64,000 nucleotides of DNA from an uncultured Oscillospiraceae bacterium (GCA_964439545.1 CAYTOO010000001.1:208-64207), one strand, 5' to 3'. Positions 20,459 through 30,028 are shown, counted from the stretch's first letter. The notes: generated by a model not told the origin, from the letters alone. Translations and numbers: made by a program.

Positions 20459-21994
20459 TTAACGGTTTTGCAACTTACCGTGTCTGTAAAAGGCATTCTT
20501 CATGTCGGGATACAAACTACGGTAAAAATCGTAAATTTCATCGTAAAGGGCCGCATTTTTCATGTTGGGCTCAACCTGAAGAGCAGGCTTTAAGATATGA
20601 GCGCAAGCCTCCGCCTCGTTTTTATATTCACCACAGGCAACCATTGCCGAGATCGCTGCGCCACAGGCAGGACCCTCGTCAATGTTGTTGCGCACGATGA
20701 TGGTCTGGAACACATCGGCCTGCATCTGCAGCCATGTGTCGCTCTTTGCGCCACCGCCGGAGGCAAAAATCTTCTTGGGGCTGACACCGTGCTCACGGAG
20801 GATCTCCAAACTGTCGCGGAGACTAAAGGTGATACCCTCCATCACAGAACGCACCATCTCGTTCCAACCATGGGCAAGCGACAAACCAAAGAACACGCCG
20901 CGGGCATTGTCGTCCGTGTGGGGTGTTCTCTCGCCGTTGAGGTAAGGCAGGAAGTAAAGCCCCTTGCTGCCGATCTCCGCCTTATCTGCACAGGCGGTCA
21001 TCAGCACATAGGGATCAACGCCCTGCACCTTCGCCTGCTCCATCTCTGTTCTGCCCAGTGTATTTCTCAGCCACTGGAAAGAGCCACCTGCAGCATTGGT
21101 GCAGCCAAAGAAGCACCACTTATCTCTCACGGCGTGACAATAACAAAGACCTGCACGCTCCTGCTTATCGATCAAAGGCTTATCAGTGCTGGTAAAAACC
21201 ACACCGGAAGTTCCGATCGTAACAGCAATCATTCCGTCCTCAACCACACCGTTACCGATACCACCCATGGACTGGTCACCGCCACCGGCGGTCACGGGCG
21301 TACCTACAGGCAAGCCGGTAGCTTTCGCGGCAGCTTCGGTGATGTAACCGGCAATGTCGCCGGACTCCAGCAGCGTGTCGGGAACCATACGGCGATCAAG
21401 ACCCAGCAGCGAGAAAATTTCATCGTTCCACTGGCGCTTTGCCGTATCAAAAAGACAGGTAGCGCTGGCATCTGCCACTTCAGTTGCTACCTCGCCTGTT
21501 AAGTACAAGCGGACATAGTCTTTGGGGAAAAGCAGATACCGCGTTTTATCCAAAATTTCGGGGCGATTCTTCTTCATCCACATGAGCTTACTGACCCAGT
21601 AGCTGCTCAAAGGCATATTTCCGGTTTTATCCCACCAGAAATTAAGGCCATAAGTATCGATCAACATCCGATTTTCTTCATCGGAGCGGCTGTCCAGCCA
21701 CATCATGCAAGGCATCAGCGGCTTTTTATTTTCATCCATAGGGATACAGCCCAGCATCTGTCCGGAAAAGCCCACGCAGGCGATGGTCATATCCCCGCTC
21801 AGCTGCGCCGTGATCTGCTTTACTGCGCGGCAAACGGAATCCACCCAAACTTCAGGGTCTTGCTCCGCCCAACCGGGATGTGGGATTTGAAACACCTGCT
21901 CCGCCATTCCACGGGCAACGATATTTCCCTCTGTATCCAGCGCCAGCGCCTTCACGCCGCTGGTGCCAATATCAATGCCAAGATATACTTTCAT
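20459..21994 (-). CDS. FGGY-family carbohydrate kinase (xylulokinase-like paralog)
   Basis: GIDIGTS, SGQMLG, WLDSR, GGGDQ, PYLNGERTP, GGGAKS; diverges from XylB at GQMHG/WNDGR/GDN. Confidence 0.88.
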   Translation of the reverse strand: MKVYLGIDIGTSGVKALALDTEGNIVARGMAEQVFQIPHPGWAEQDPEVWVDSVCRAVKQITAQLSGDMTIACVGFSGQMLGCIPMDENKKPLMPCMMWLDSRSDEENRMLIDTYGLNFWWDKTGNMPLSSYWVSKLMWMKKNRPEILDKTRYLLFPKDYVRLYLTGEVATEVADASATCLFDTAKRQWNDEIFSLLGLDRRMVPDTLLESGDIAGYITEAAAKATGLPVGTPVTAGGGDQSMGGIGNGVVEDGMIAVTIGTSGVVFTSTDKPLIDKQERAGLCYCHAVRDKWCFFGCTNAAGGSFQWLRNTLGRTEMEQAKVQGVDPYVLMTACADKAEIGSKGLYFLPYLNGERTPHTDDNARGVFFGLSLAHGWNEMVRSVMEGITFSLRDSLEILREHGVSPKKIFASGGGAKSDTWLQMQADVFQTIIVRNNIDEGPACGAAISAMVACGEYKNEAEACAHILKPALQVEPNMKNAALYDEIYDFYRSLYPDMKNAFYRHGKLQNR

Positions 21995-22005
21995 GCTCTT
22001 CCTCC

Positions 22006-22893
22006 CTATCCACGCAGTTTACAGCGCAGGCCGCTTGAAAGGATCTTTTGCTCAAAATATGTTAACTGTTCTGTTGTAGGCGTTGTCCCCTCAAATTCGT
22101 AAGGCCGCCCCAACTTCTCGTATTTTCCTTTTCCAAGTTCGTGATACGGCAGCAGATGGATCTCCTCGATCCCCAGTTTTTTCGCCAGAGCGATCGTTGC
22201 TTCCACATTTTCTTCTGTTGCATTCACTCCATCAATAAAGGGAATGCGAAGCGTAATGCGGGAAGCAAACTTTTCTGCTGCCAATGTTAAATTCTTTAAG
22301 ATCAGGTGATTATCCACACCTGTATGGTGAAGATGCTCCTCCGGATCTGTGTGCTTACAATCAAAAAGTATCTGGTCGCACAGCTCAAAAATTTCCAAAG
22401 CTGCTTCACTGGAACCGTGACCCGAGGTTTCAATTGCACAGTGAAGGCCGCGTTTTTTTGCCTCCTGCAGCAATGCCTTTGTAAAGGTCGGCTGCATTAA
22501 AGGCTCACCACCGGAGACGGTCATACCGCCACCACTGTTTCCGTAGAAAAGGCGATCCTTCTCTACTTCTTCAAGGACATCATCGACACTCATCGTTTTA
22601 CCAACCAGTTCCAATGCGCCCTTGGGACAGCCGTCGACACAGCTCATGCACATAATGCACAGCTTGCCGCCCTGTCCTTTTTTCATGGACTGCGGGCATG
22701 CGGATGCACAATACCCGCAGTCCATACAGGTCTTCTCGTTGAGCAGGATCTGTGGCTGAACGGTCTGCGTCTCAGGATTGGCACACCATGCACAGCGCAA
22801 GGGACAGCCCTTTAAAAACACTACTGTGCGGATACCATCTCCATCATTTAAACTATAACGTTGTATATTTGTGACGATACCTTTCACCCACAT
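22006..22893 (-). CDS. Glycyl-radical enzyme activating protein (radical SAM with ferredoxin insert)
   Basis: DGDGIRTVVFLKGCPLRCAWCANPE, CMDCGYC and CIMCMSC, GGEP, LLPYH. Confidence 0.93.
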   Translation of the reverse strand: MWVKGIVTNIQRYSLNDGDGIRTVVFLKGCPLRCAWCANPETQTVQPQILLNEKTCMDCGYCASACPQSMKKGQGGKLCIMCMSCVDGCPKGALELVGKTMSVDDVLEEVEKDRLFYGNSGGGMTVSGGEPLMQPTFTKALLQEAKKRGLHCAIETSGHGSSEAALEIFELCDQILFDCKHTDPEEHLHHTGVDNHLILKNLTLAAEKFASRITLRIPFIDGVNATEENVEATIALAKKLGIEEIHLLPYHELGKGKYEKLGRPYEFEGTTPTTEQLTYFEQKILSSGLRCKLRG

Positions 22894-22908
22894 ACCTCAC
22901 TCTTTACA

Positions 22909-25332
22909 TTACAGGCAATTCTCCGTTCTTGCGATGATAGAATCCTGCACTTCCTTAGACAATTCATTGTAGAATGCGCTGTATCCGGCAACACGAACCA
23001 CAAGGCTCTTATATTCTTCCGGATGCTCCTGCGCATCTCTCAACGTTTCGGCAGTAACCACATTGAACTGGATATGCTCACCGTTAAGATCCATATAGGT
23101 CTTGATGAGCTGTGCCAGTTTCTTCAATCCATCATCGGTAGATACCGTCAAGGGATTAAGCTTTACATTCAGGATGACACCGTTCTGACAACGGAAATGG
23201 TTGAGCTTAGTTGCCGATTTCAAAACAGCCGTCAAACCCTTAAGGTCAGTACCATTAGCAGGAGAAATGCCGTCTGCCAGCGGTTCGCCGCGCTTTCTGC
23301 CGTCGGGCGTTGCACCGGTGCACTGACCGAAATGCACGTAAGAAGAAACAGGAACAAGACCACCGATGAAAGGACCGCCACGATAGGTTTCGTACTTGGA
23401 GCTTTCATCAAGATAGGTGTCGATTGCCCAGCGTGTAGCTTTATCCACGCCCTCTTCGTCGTTACCATACTTGGCAACGCGGTTGCAGATAAACTGGCGC
23501 ATGAACTCGTCGTTCTCCCAGTTGCTCTGCAGGGCATCCACCAGCTGACGCATAGTGTACTTGCCATCCTCAAAAATCAACTTAAAGATGGTGTAAGCGG
23601 AGTTACCAACGTTAGCAATACCTACAGTAGGCGGGCCGGTCCAGTTGTACTTAGCGCCGCCCTGAGTCACATCCTTACCGGATTCCATGCAGCCACCGGT
23701 CAGCATAGATACCAGAGGCACAGGCATCAGTTCCTCATGGATGTGGTCGATCATGTTGTTCCACATGACCAACTGGCGCACGCAGTAAGCCATCTGCTTT
23801 TGATAGGCTTCCTTAAACTCTTCAACAGTCTTGAATTCGCCGGCATCACCGGTCTGGATACTCACCTGCTCACCGGTAATGGCGCAGCGACCGTTGTTCA
23901 AGGTCAGTTCCATCACCTTGGTGTGGTTGAAATATCCACCGTTACCACGACCCCAAGCGTTCAAAGGCGTACTCTCAACGCAGCCCTCCAGTGCATAATC
24001 TCTAGCATCTTCCAGAGAAACACCGATGTTCATAAGACCGCGGATAAAGACATGGTCATTGACCAACTGCGGCATACCGTTGCCGCGACGAACCGCGTCA
24101 CACACCGCCAGCACAAACTCTTCAGGTGCGTCATTATGGAGTCGTACAGAGAAGTTGGGCTGCATCAGCAGCATCTTTCTGTGAGCCTCCAATACACGAT
24201 AGGAGAGATCGTTGGTGGCGTCGTTGCCCTCTCTGTCGATGCCGCCGATAATCAAATTCTGGCCCATGGGGAAACCGGCATGGGACTCAGCACCGGCAGC
24301 AGACTGAAGCTTCATGGGCTCAACAAACTTCACCCAAGTGCACTCCAGCAGCTCCTGACATTCCTCACGGCTGCGCTTGCCGCTCAGCACGTCCTTCTCA
24401 TAGTAAGGATACATGTACTGATCAAAGCGGCCGGGAGAGATAGAAACACCGTTATCGTAGATTTGAGGCAGCAGCTGGGTAAACCAGAAGGACTGCAGTG
24501 CCTCGTGGAAATCCTCAGCAGGATGCTCGGGAACACGGGAACAAACACGAGCGATCTCCAGCAGTTCTGCCTTACGCTTGGCATCGGTCTCTTCCTCTGC
24601 CACGCGCTTTGCCTCCTCGCTGTAGCGACGTGCAAAGGTAATCACGGCATCGCAGGTGATCACGCAGCTTTCATAGAAAGCGTGCTTGCGGATATCCTCT
24701 GCTTTGCACATGTCCAGGCTGTCCAAATGATCCTGTGCCTCCTTGCGCAGACCGGCAAAGCCCTTCTGCAGCACAAGACCAAAGTCTAGGATCAAGTGAC
24801 CAAAGCCGCCTTCTTCATGGATGCCCAGTTCAAACTGATTTGCCACATGGCTCAGCTTACGAACAGACTCCGGCATGACAGCGTAGGCTCTGTCACTGAG
24901 GGTATTTCCCTTGAAATAAGGGACTACTTCCTCTAAGAACAGCTTCTTGTTCTCTTCAGGGAAAATAAACTTGTCCTGAGGCCGTGTCTCGAACTTATCG
25001 ATCTCGTCGACGACCCAATCCACAGCAAACTCAGGGAAAATAGGCGCGCTGCGCTGACGTTCAGCCTGATGGCCAACGATCAGCTCATCCGGAAGGATGT
25101 ACACCCGCATGTTCTCCAGGATATGTGCAAAAACCTTTGCCCGTTTGACGGCAATTGGCTCACAGGCATACATTTTGTATGCCTGTGTAGCCAACAGTGC
25201 TCGTTCAATACATACGTAGTTTTTTGCGTGAATGACGGCGTCTTTCAGACGCTGTCCGCGCTCATATCCTGCGCTGCCTTTCGGCAATACATCCTCTACC
25301 CGAATAGTCAGATGCTTGTTATCCATAGTCAT
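22909..25332 (-). CDS. Glycyl radical enzyme of the eliminase/isomerase (PFL2/YbiW/diol dehydratase-like) class
   Basis: 807 aa; single-Cys loop YALEGCVES (GCVE at 23974-23985), glycyl loop VRVAGYS (RVAGY at 22981-22995), SPGRFDQY, ATPDGR. Confidence 0.92.
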   Translation of the reverse strand: MTMDNKHLTIRVEDVLPKGSAGYERGQRLKDAVIHAKNYVCIERALLATQAYKMYACEPIAVKRAKVFAHILENMRVYILPDELIVGHQAERQRSAPIFPEFAVDWVVDEIDKFETRPQDKFIFPEENKKLFLEEVVPYFKGNTLSDRAYAVMPESVRKLSHVANQFELGIHEEGGFGHLILDFGLVLQKGFAGLRKEAQDHLDSLDMCKAEDIRKHAFYESCVITCDAVITFARRYSEEAKRVAEEETDAKRKAELLEIARVCSRVPEHPAEDFHEALQSFWFTQLLPQIYDNGVSISPGRFDQYMYPYYEKDVLSGKRSREECQELLECTWVKFVEPMKLQSAAGAESHAGFPMGQNLIIGGIDREGNDATNDLSYRVLEAHRKMLLMQPNFSVRLHNDAPEEFVLAVCDAVRRGNGMPQLVNDHVFIRGLMNIGVSLEDARDYALEGCVESTPLNAWGRGNGGYFNHTKVMELTLNNGRCAITGEQVSIQTGDAGEFKTVEEFKEAYQKQMAYCVRQLVMWNNMIDHIHEELMPVPLVSMLTGGCMESGKDVTQGGAKYNWTGPPTVGIANVGNSAYTIFKLIFEDGKYTMRQLVDALQSNWENDEFMRQFICNRVAKYGNDEEGVDKATRWAIDTYLDESSKYETYRGGPFIGGLVPVSSYVHFGQCTGATPDGRKRGEPLADGISPANGTDLKGLTAVLKSATKLNHFRCQNGVILNVKLNPLTVSTDDGLKKLAQLIKTYMDLNGEHIQFNVVTAETLRDAQEHPEEYKSLVVRVAGYSAFYNELSKEVQDSIIARTENCL

Positions 25333-25361
25333 GCTTTTCCAACCGTTCGGTGTCAGAAGAA

Positions 25362-26378
25362 TTAGCCCTGATAGTCAGCGATCTCAGCCTTGATGGCTTC
25401 CTTCTCCTTGTAGAACTCCTCAATATTGGTCTTGTTCACGATCTTGATGTCGGTAGCGACGAAGCTGTTCTCAATAGACTCGCCGTTCACAGCCTTGATA
25501 GCAAACTCCATACCCATACGACCCATGACAGTGGGATACTGCACGACAGTGCCGGTGAAAGTAGAGTCGGGATTTGCGATGTAGGTCAGCTCGCCCTCGT
25601 CCTCATCAACGCCGTAGATCATGACGTCGGTACGACCGGCAGTCTCAACAGCAGCGTTCAGACCCATAGCAACCTGAGCGTTGCAGCCGAACATAACATC
25701 CAGGCTACCAGCGGGGTTAGCGGTCAGGATATCGTCGCCCATGTTAGTAGCATCGGTGGAGGTCAGCTGAACAACAGACTGATCGATAACAGTGATGTTG
25801 GGATACTTAGCCATCTCGGCGCAGAAGCCCTCAGCACGATCCTTCATGGTAGAAATCTGGGGATAACCAACGCAGGCAACAGTGCCCTTTGCCTCGCCGT
25901 AAACGCTCTCGAGGTAAGCAACAGCGTCCTGAGCAGCGGTAGCACCGATAGCCTTGTTGTCAGAAGCAACGTGGGCGTAAACATCGCCGCCCTCGGCCTG
26001 AACGTCAACAGTGATCACAGGAATGCCGGCAGCATTGGCTTCCTCGATAACGGGGACGATACCAGCGGAGCTAACAGCATTGATAACCAGTGCCTTTACC
26101 TTACCGGCAGCGATCATGTCCTCGATGTCCTTCATCTGCTTAGCAACGTCGGAACCGCCATCAGCCTCGATCAGGGTCACGCCGTTCTCGGCAGCGACCT
26201 TACGCATAGCGGCGGCCATGTCCTGGAAATACTCCCACTGATAGTCCATCAGGCTAACGCCAATCACGATCTCCTCAGCGCCGTCATCGGCAGCACCATC
26301 GTCAGCGGGCTTGTTGCCACATGCTACCAGAGACAGAACCATCACCAGAGCCAGCAACAGGGATGCAAACTTTTTCAT
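25362..26378 (-). CDS. Sugar ABC transporter substrate-binding lipoprotein (RbsB-like)
   Basis: Lipobox LSLVAC; GIPVITVD, VASDN, RAEGF, VVQYP. Confidence 0.9.
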   Translation of the reverse strand: MKKFASLLLALVMVLSLVACGNKPADDGAADDGAEEIVIGVSLMDYQWEYFQDMAAAMRKVAAENGVTLIEADGGSDVAKQMKDIEDMIAAGKVKALVINAVSSAGIVPVIEEANAAGIPVITVDVQAEGGDVYAHVASDNKAIGATAAQDAVAYLESVYGEAKGTVACVGYPQISTMKDRAEGFCAEMAKYPNITVIDQSVVQLTSTDATNMGDDILTANPAGSLDVMFGCNAQVAMGLNAAVETAGRTDVMIYGVDEDEGELTYIANPDSTFTGTVVQYPTVMGRMGMEFAIKAVNGESIENSFVATDIKIVNKTNIEEFYKEKEAIKAEIADYQG

Positions 26379-26439
26379 AATATACCTCCAAAAATTTTTT
26401 ATTTTATTTCGCTATTCGCGAAGTAAAACCACATTAAAA

Positions 26440-27435
26440 TTACTTCTTTGCCTTCTTAAGTTTCTTACCCTTGAGATTCTCATACAGAATGACGGATACA
26501 ACGATGAGAACACCCTTGATGATCATCTGCCAGAAAGAGGTCACGCCCAGCAGGTTCAAGCCGTTGGACATGGTCATCAGGAAGAATGTACCTATCACAG
26601 TGCCCAGCACGCTGCCGCGGCCACCGACCAGGCTCGTACCACCCAACACAGCGGCTGCAATAGCATTCATCTCCAAACCATCACCGAGGGTGGGCTGGCT
26701 GGATGCAAAACGGGCCGTGTAGATAATACCGGTCAAAGCCGCCATCAGACCACTGATAACATAGACACTTATTTTGATCTTGTTAACAGAGATACCGGAA
26801 AGACGGGCAACATCTTGATTGCCACCGATGGCTACCATACGCTTACCGTAAGTGGTCTTGTTCATCAGAATAGCCCAAACAATGATGACTACCAGCATGA
26901 TCCAAACTGCCACAGGGATTCCCAGCAGATAACCACGACCGATTTCCTTAAAGCCATCGGGCAAACCACTGATCTGCTTACCATCGCAATACAAAAGGGC
27001 AGCACCTTCTGCCACATTCATCATGGCGAGGGTGGTGATAAAAGGAGGAATGTTCAGCTTAGCCACCACGACGCCGTTCACCAAACCGCAAAGGGCACCG
27101 GCAGCCAGACCAACCAAAATCGCTACAACGATGGACGTGCCCTTCACCAGCAGTGTAGCGGTGATGGTACCAGCCAACATAGCCACCTTACCGACGGACA
27201 GGTCAATGCCGCCAATTAGCAACACGAAAGTCATACCCATTGCCACGATCATCTCCGTAGAGGACTGTCGCAGCACGTTGACCAGGTTACCACCGGTCAT
27301 AAAGCCGTCTGCAGTGCAGCAGAAGGCAATGACCATCAGAATAAAGGCCAACAGAATCTTCCACTGAGGCATCCGCTTCAAGGCAGCGCTCAAAGGCTTC
27401 TTCATTTCTTCATTTTTCATAACATTTATCTCCAA
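26440..27435 (-). CDS. Sugar ABC transporter permease (RbsC-like)
   Basis: GGIDLSVG, IPPFITTL, AIGGN, IAAAVLGGTSLVGGRG. Confidence 0.92.
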   Translation of the reverse strand: MEINVMKNEEMKKPLSAALKRMPQWKILLAFILMVIAFCCTADGFMTGGNLVNVLRQSSTEMIVAMGMTFVLLIGGIDLSVGKVAMLAGTITATLLVKGTSIVVAILVGLAAGALCGLVNGVVVAKLNIPPFITTLAMMNVAEGAALLYCDGKQISGLPDGFKEIGRGYLLGIPVAVWIMLVVIIVWAILMNKTTYGKRMVAIGGNQDVARLSGISVNKIKISVYVISGLMAALTGIIYTARFASSQPTLGDGLEMNAIAAAVLGGTSLVGGRGSVLGTVIGTFFLMTMSNGLNLLGVTSFWQMIIKGVLIVVSVILYENLKGKKLKKAKK

Positions 27436-27449
27436 TCAACACTTAACGC

Positions 27450-28937
27450 TCAATTTGCAGTAGCTAAACGCATAATAGCCTCCTGGGACAGTTCCTCACG
27501 AGTCAGCTCACCGCTGGCACGGCCCTCACACATAACTACAACTCTGTCCGCCATGCCCAGGACCTCCGGAAGTTCAGAGGACACAACGATCACTGCCACG
27601 CCGCTTTTTGCCATCTCAACAATTAGACGGTGAATCTCCGCCTTGGCGCCCACGTCAACGCCGCGAGTCGGCTCATCAAGGATCATAACCTTTGCCTTGC
27701 GCTGCAGCCACTTACCGATAACCACCTTCTGCTGATTTCCGCCGGAGAGCGTTGCCACAGGCTGTTCCAAACCACTTACCTTGATGCGCAGCTTGTCCAC
27801 CATCTCTTTGCCCTTTGCCCGCAGCTCGGCAAAACGAATAAATCCACTACGGGCATGCTCTTTTAGGATCGTCAGCGTCAGATTGCTGCCGACGGTATCC
27901 AGCATATTCAAGCCAAGATTCTTTCTGTCCTCAGGGACGAAGCCGATGCCCAAACGCATGGCCTCGGCCGGACTCTTGATCGTCACCGGCTGACCATCGA
28001 GGAAGATTTCTCCCTCATCACAGGGGATGTCGCCAAACACCGACTTCATCACTTCGCTGCGTCCAGCACCCATCAATCCTGCAAAACCAAGAATTTCTCC
28101 AGCTCTGACATGGAAGCTGACATCTTCAAACAGGCCATACTTGCTCAGGTGCTTTACCTCAAGTACCTTCTCTCCAATGGGAACGGTCTCTTTATCGAAA
28201 AGATTCGTGACCTGACGGCCAACCATGTGAGAAATCACTTCTTCACGGGTGAGATCCTTTACAAACCACTCGCCAACAAGCATTCCGTCACGCAGAATAG
28301 TGATACGGTCGCCCACCTCGAAAATCTCATCCATACGGTGAGAAATGAAGATGATGCACACTCCTTTTTCCTTTAGCTGGCGCATCACACGGAAGAGAAC
28401 CTGCACCTCGTTATCGGCCAGTGAGGAAGTGGGCTCGTCCATAATGATAACCTTTGCATTCAGGTGGATTGCCTTAGCTATTTCCACCATTTGGCGTTTT
28501 GCCGCACTGAGCTCCTCAATTTTTGCCGCGGGGTCGATATCGAAATCAAGCTCTTCCAACAGCTTTCTCACGGTATCCTGCTGCTTTCTCTTGTCGATCA
28601 TACCACCCTTGAGGAGTTCATGGCCAAGGTACATATTCTCCGTCACGGTCATCTCATAAATCAGGTTTAGCTCCTGATAGATCATGACGATTTCCTCATT
28701 GATGGCTTCTGCCGGCGTAGAAATCTTCTTCTCCTCGCCATTGATAAGTACAACGCCTTCATCTGCCGTGTGCGCACCGGCGAGAATACGCATCAGCGTG
28801 GACTTTCCGGCACCATTTTCACCGATTAAGATGTTAATTTCTCCGGCGTAGGCGTTAAAATCAACATTGTCCAGAGCCTGAATACCGGCAAATCGCTTTG
28901 AGATCCCTTTCATCTCAAGAACCGGTCTCTTGTTCAA
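27450..28937 (-). CDS. Sugar ABC transporter ATP-binding protein (RbsA-like, two NBDs)
   Basis: GENGAGKST, MDEPT, LSGGNQQK, LDEPTRGVDVGAK; probable TTG start at 28937 behind AGGGGG. Confidence 0.92.
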   Translation of the reverse strand: MNKRPVLEMKGISKRFAGIQALDNVDFNAYAGEINILIGENGAGKSTLMRILAGAHTADEGVVLINGEEKKISTPAEAINEEIVMIYQELNLIYEMTVTENMYLGHELLKGGMIDKRKQQDTVRKLLEELDFDIDPAAKIEELSAAKRQMVEIAKAIHLNAKVIIMDEPTSSLADNEVQVLFRVMRQLKEKGVCIIFISHRMDEIFEVGDRITILRDGMLVGEWFVKDLTREEVISHMVGRQVTNLFDKETVPIGEKVLEVKHLSKYGLFEDVSFHVRAGEILGFAGLMGAGRSEVMKSVFGDIPCDEGEIFLDGQPVTIKSPAEAMRLGIGFVPEDRKNLGLNMLDTVGSNLTLTILKEHARSGFIRFAELRAKGKEMVDKLRIKVSGLEQPVATLSGGNQQKVVIGKWLQRKAKVMILDEPTRGVDVGAKAEIHRLIVEMAKSGVAVIVVSSELPEVLGMADRVVVMCEGRASGELTREELSQEAIMRLATAN

Positions 28938-28958
28938 GTCATCGCCCCCTAAATAAGT

Positions 28959-29122
28959 TTCGTTTGTTTCGTTTTCTTTACTGTGTTGATTTAATTTTAA
29001 TGTCAATTCATAAAATTGTCAATCATACGACAAAGATTTCGCCGTTTTATCCTATTATCTTCGCCGTGTTTTATGAATAGTCACAATCCGTTTATTTCGT
29101 TTATTTTGCTACTTTCGTTTTT
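28959..29122. promoter_or_regulatory. TTTCG(TTT) direct repeats, candidate DeoR operators
   Basis: tttcgtttgtttcgttttc (28959-28977), tttcgcc (~29037), tttcgtttt (~29095 and ~29113). Confidence 0.5.
28994..29022 (-). promoter_or_regulatory. SigA-like promoter of the ABC/GRE operon
   Basis: TTGACA(29022-29017)-17-TAAAAT(28999-28994). Confidence 0.7.
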
Positions 29123-29165
29123 GAGTACTATAACTAAATTTTGCTGTTTTTCTTTTGGTTTGCGT

Positions 29166-29194
29166 TTGACTTTTTGCATGAAAAAATGTACAAT
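29166..29194 (+). promoter_or_regulatory. SigA-like promoter of DeoR gene
   Basis: TTGACT-17-TACAAT. Confidence 0.65.
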
Positions 29195-29224
29195 GTAAAA
29201 AATTGTCGAAAGGGACAAAAACAT

Positions 29225-30028
29225 ATGAGTTCTAAACAAACCCGCCATTCTTTCATTCTACGCACTCTTCACGAATCCGGACAAATTGACGTATCAGAAC
29301 TTTCCGACATCCTTCACATTTCTCAGACCACCATACGCAAGGATTTGGAAGAGCTGGAAGGCAAGCAGCAGTTGGTACGAGTTTATGGCGGTGCACGATT
29401 GCCGTTGGATCACAAAATCCGTAGACGACCTACTCACGGTGAATCCCTGAACGATATTCGAAAGGTTTTGGTTGCCAGTCGAGCCGCTGACCTCGTAAAC
29501 GATAACGAAATCGTCTTTTTAGGTTCTGGCACCACCTGTATTGAAATTGCGAGACAGCTGAAAAAATCTCAAAAAAAGTTGACCATTGTTTCCAATAACC
29601 TCACTGTTCTGGACGAGCTAAAAAGCACACCGGGTTTTAATTTGTTGGGTACAGGTGGGCAATTGGAAAACTTTGAGGAATTTTCGGTCTTTCACGGTGA
29701 CTTTGTCATCCAGTTCCTCGAAAAAGTCCTTGTTCAAAAAGCTTTTCTTACTGCCGATGGCATCAGCTTAAAACATGGCTATACTACGCATAACAGAAAT
29801 GAATACCACCTGTTCGAAAGTATCCGAAAAATCTCTGAACAGTTAATTTTTGTTGTAGAGAGCAAAAAGTTTGAAAAGAACTCCATATTGCGCTTGGCGG
29901 AAATGGACTCTATCAATACGATCATTACCGACGAGGGTATTCCAAAGGAATATACCAATTACTATTTGGAAAACGGCAAAAAACTTTATATCGCCTCTGA
30001 TGGGGACGACAATCTCTATTCCCTTTGA
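29225..30028 (+). CDS. DeoR/GlpR-family transcriptional regulator
   Basis: SQTTIRKDLEELE, RVYGGA, FLGSGTT, IVSNN, TIITD; divergent from the sugar operon; start MSSK. Confidence 0.92.
   Translation: MSSKQTRHSFILRTLHESGQIDVSELSDILHISQTTIRKDLEELEGKQQLVRVYGGARLPLDHKIRRRPTHGESLNDIRKVLVASRAADLVNDNEIVFLGSGTTCIEIARQLKKSQKKLTIVSNNLTVLDELKSTPGFNLLGTGGQLENFEEFSVFHGDFVIQFLEKVLVQKAFLTADGISLKHGYTTHNRNEYHLFESIRKISEQLIFVVESKKFEKNSILRLAEMDSINTIITDEGIPKEYTNYYLENGKKLYIASDGDDNLYSL

Noticed and set aside
18448..24789. Long plus-strand ORFs 18448-20700 (750 aa) and 22861-24789 (642 aa)
   Set aside because: Antisense shadows of the E1 and GRE genes. The same applies to 13603-15114, 32007-33596 and 59049-60890.
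22909..25332. Calling the GRE pyruvate formate-lyase, choline TMA-lyase or hydroxyproline dehydratase
   Set aside because: It lacks the PFL Cys-Cys pair, and the context has no microcompartment genes or P5C reductase; neighbours are sugar-related.
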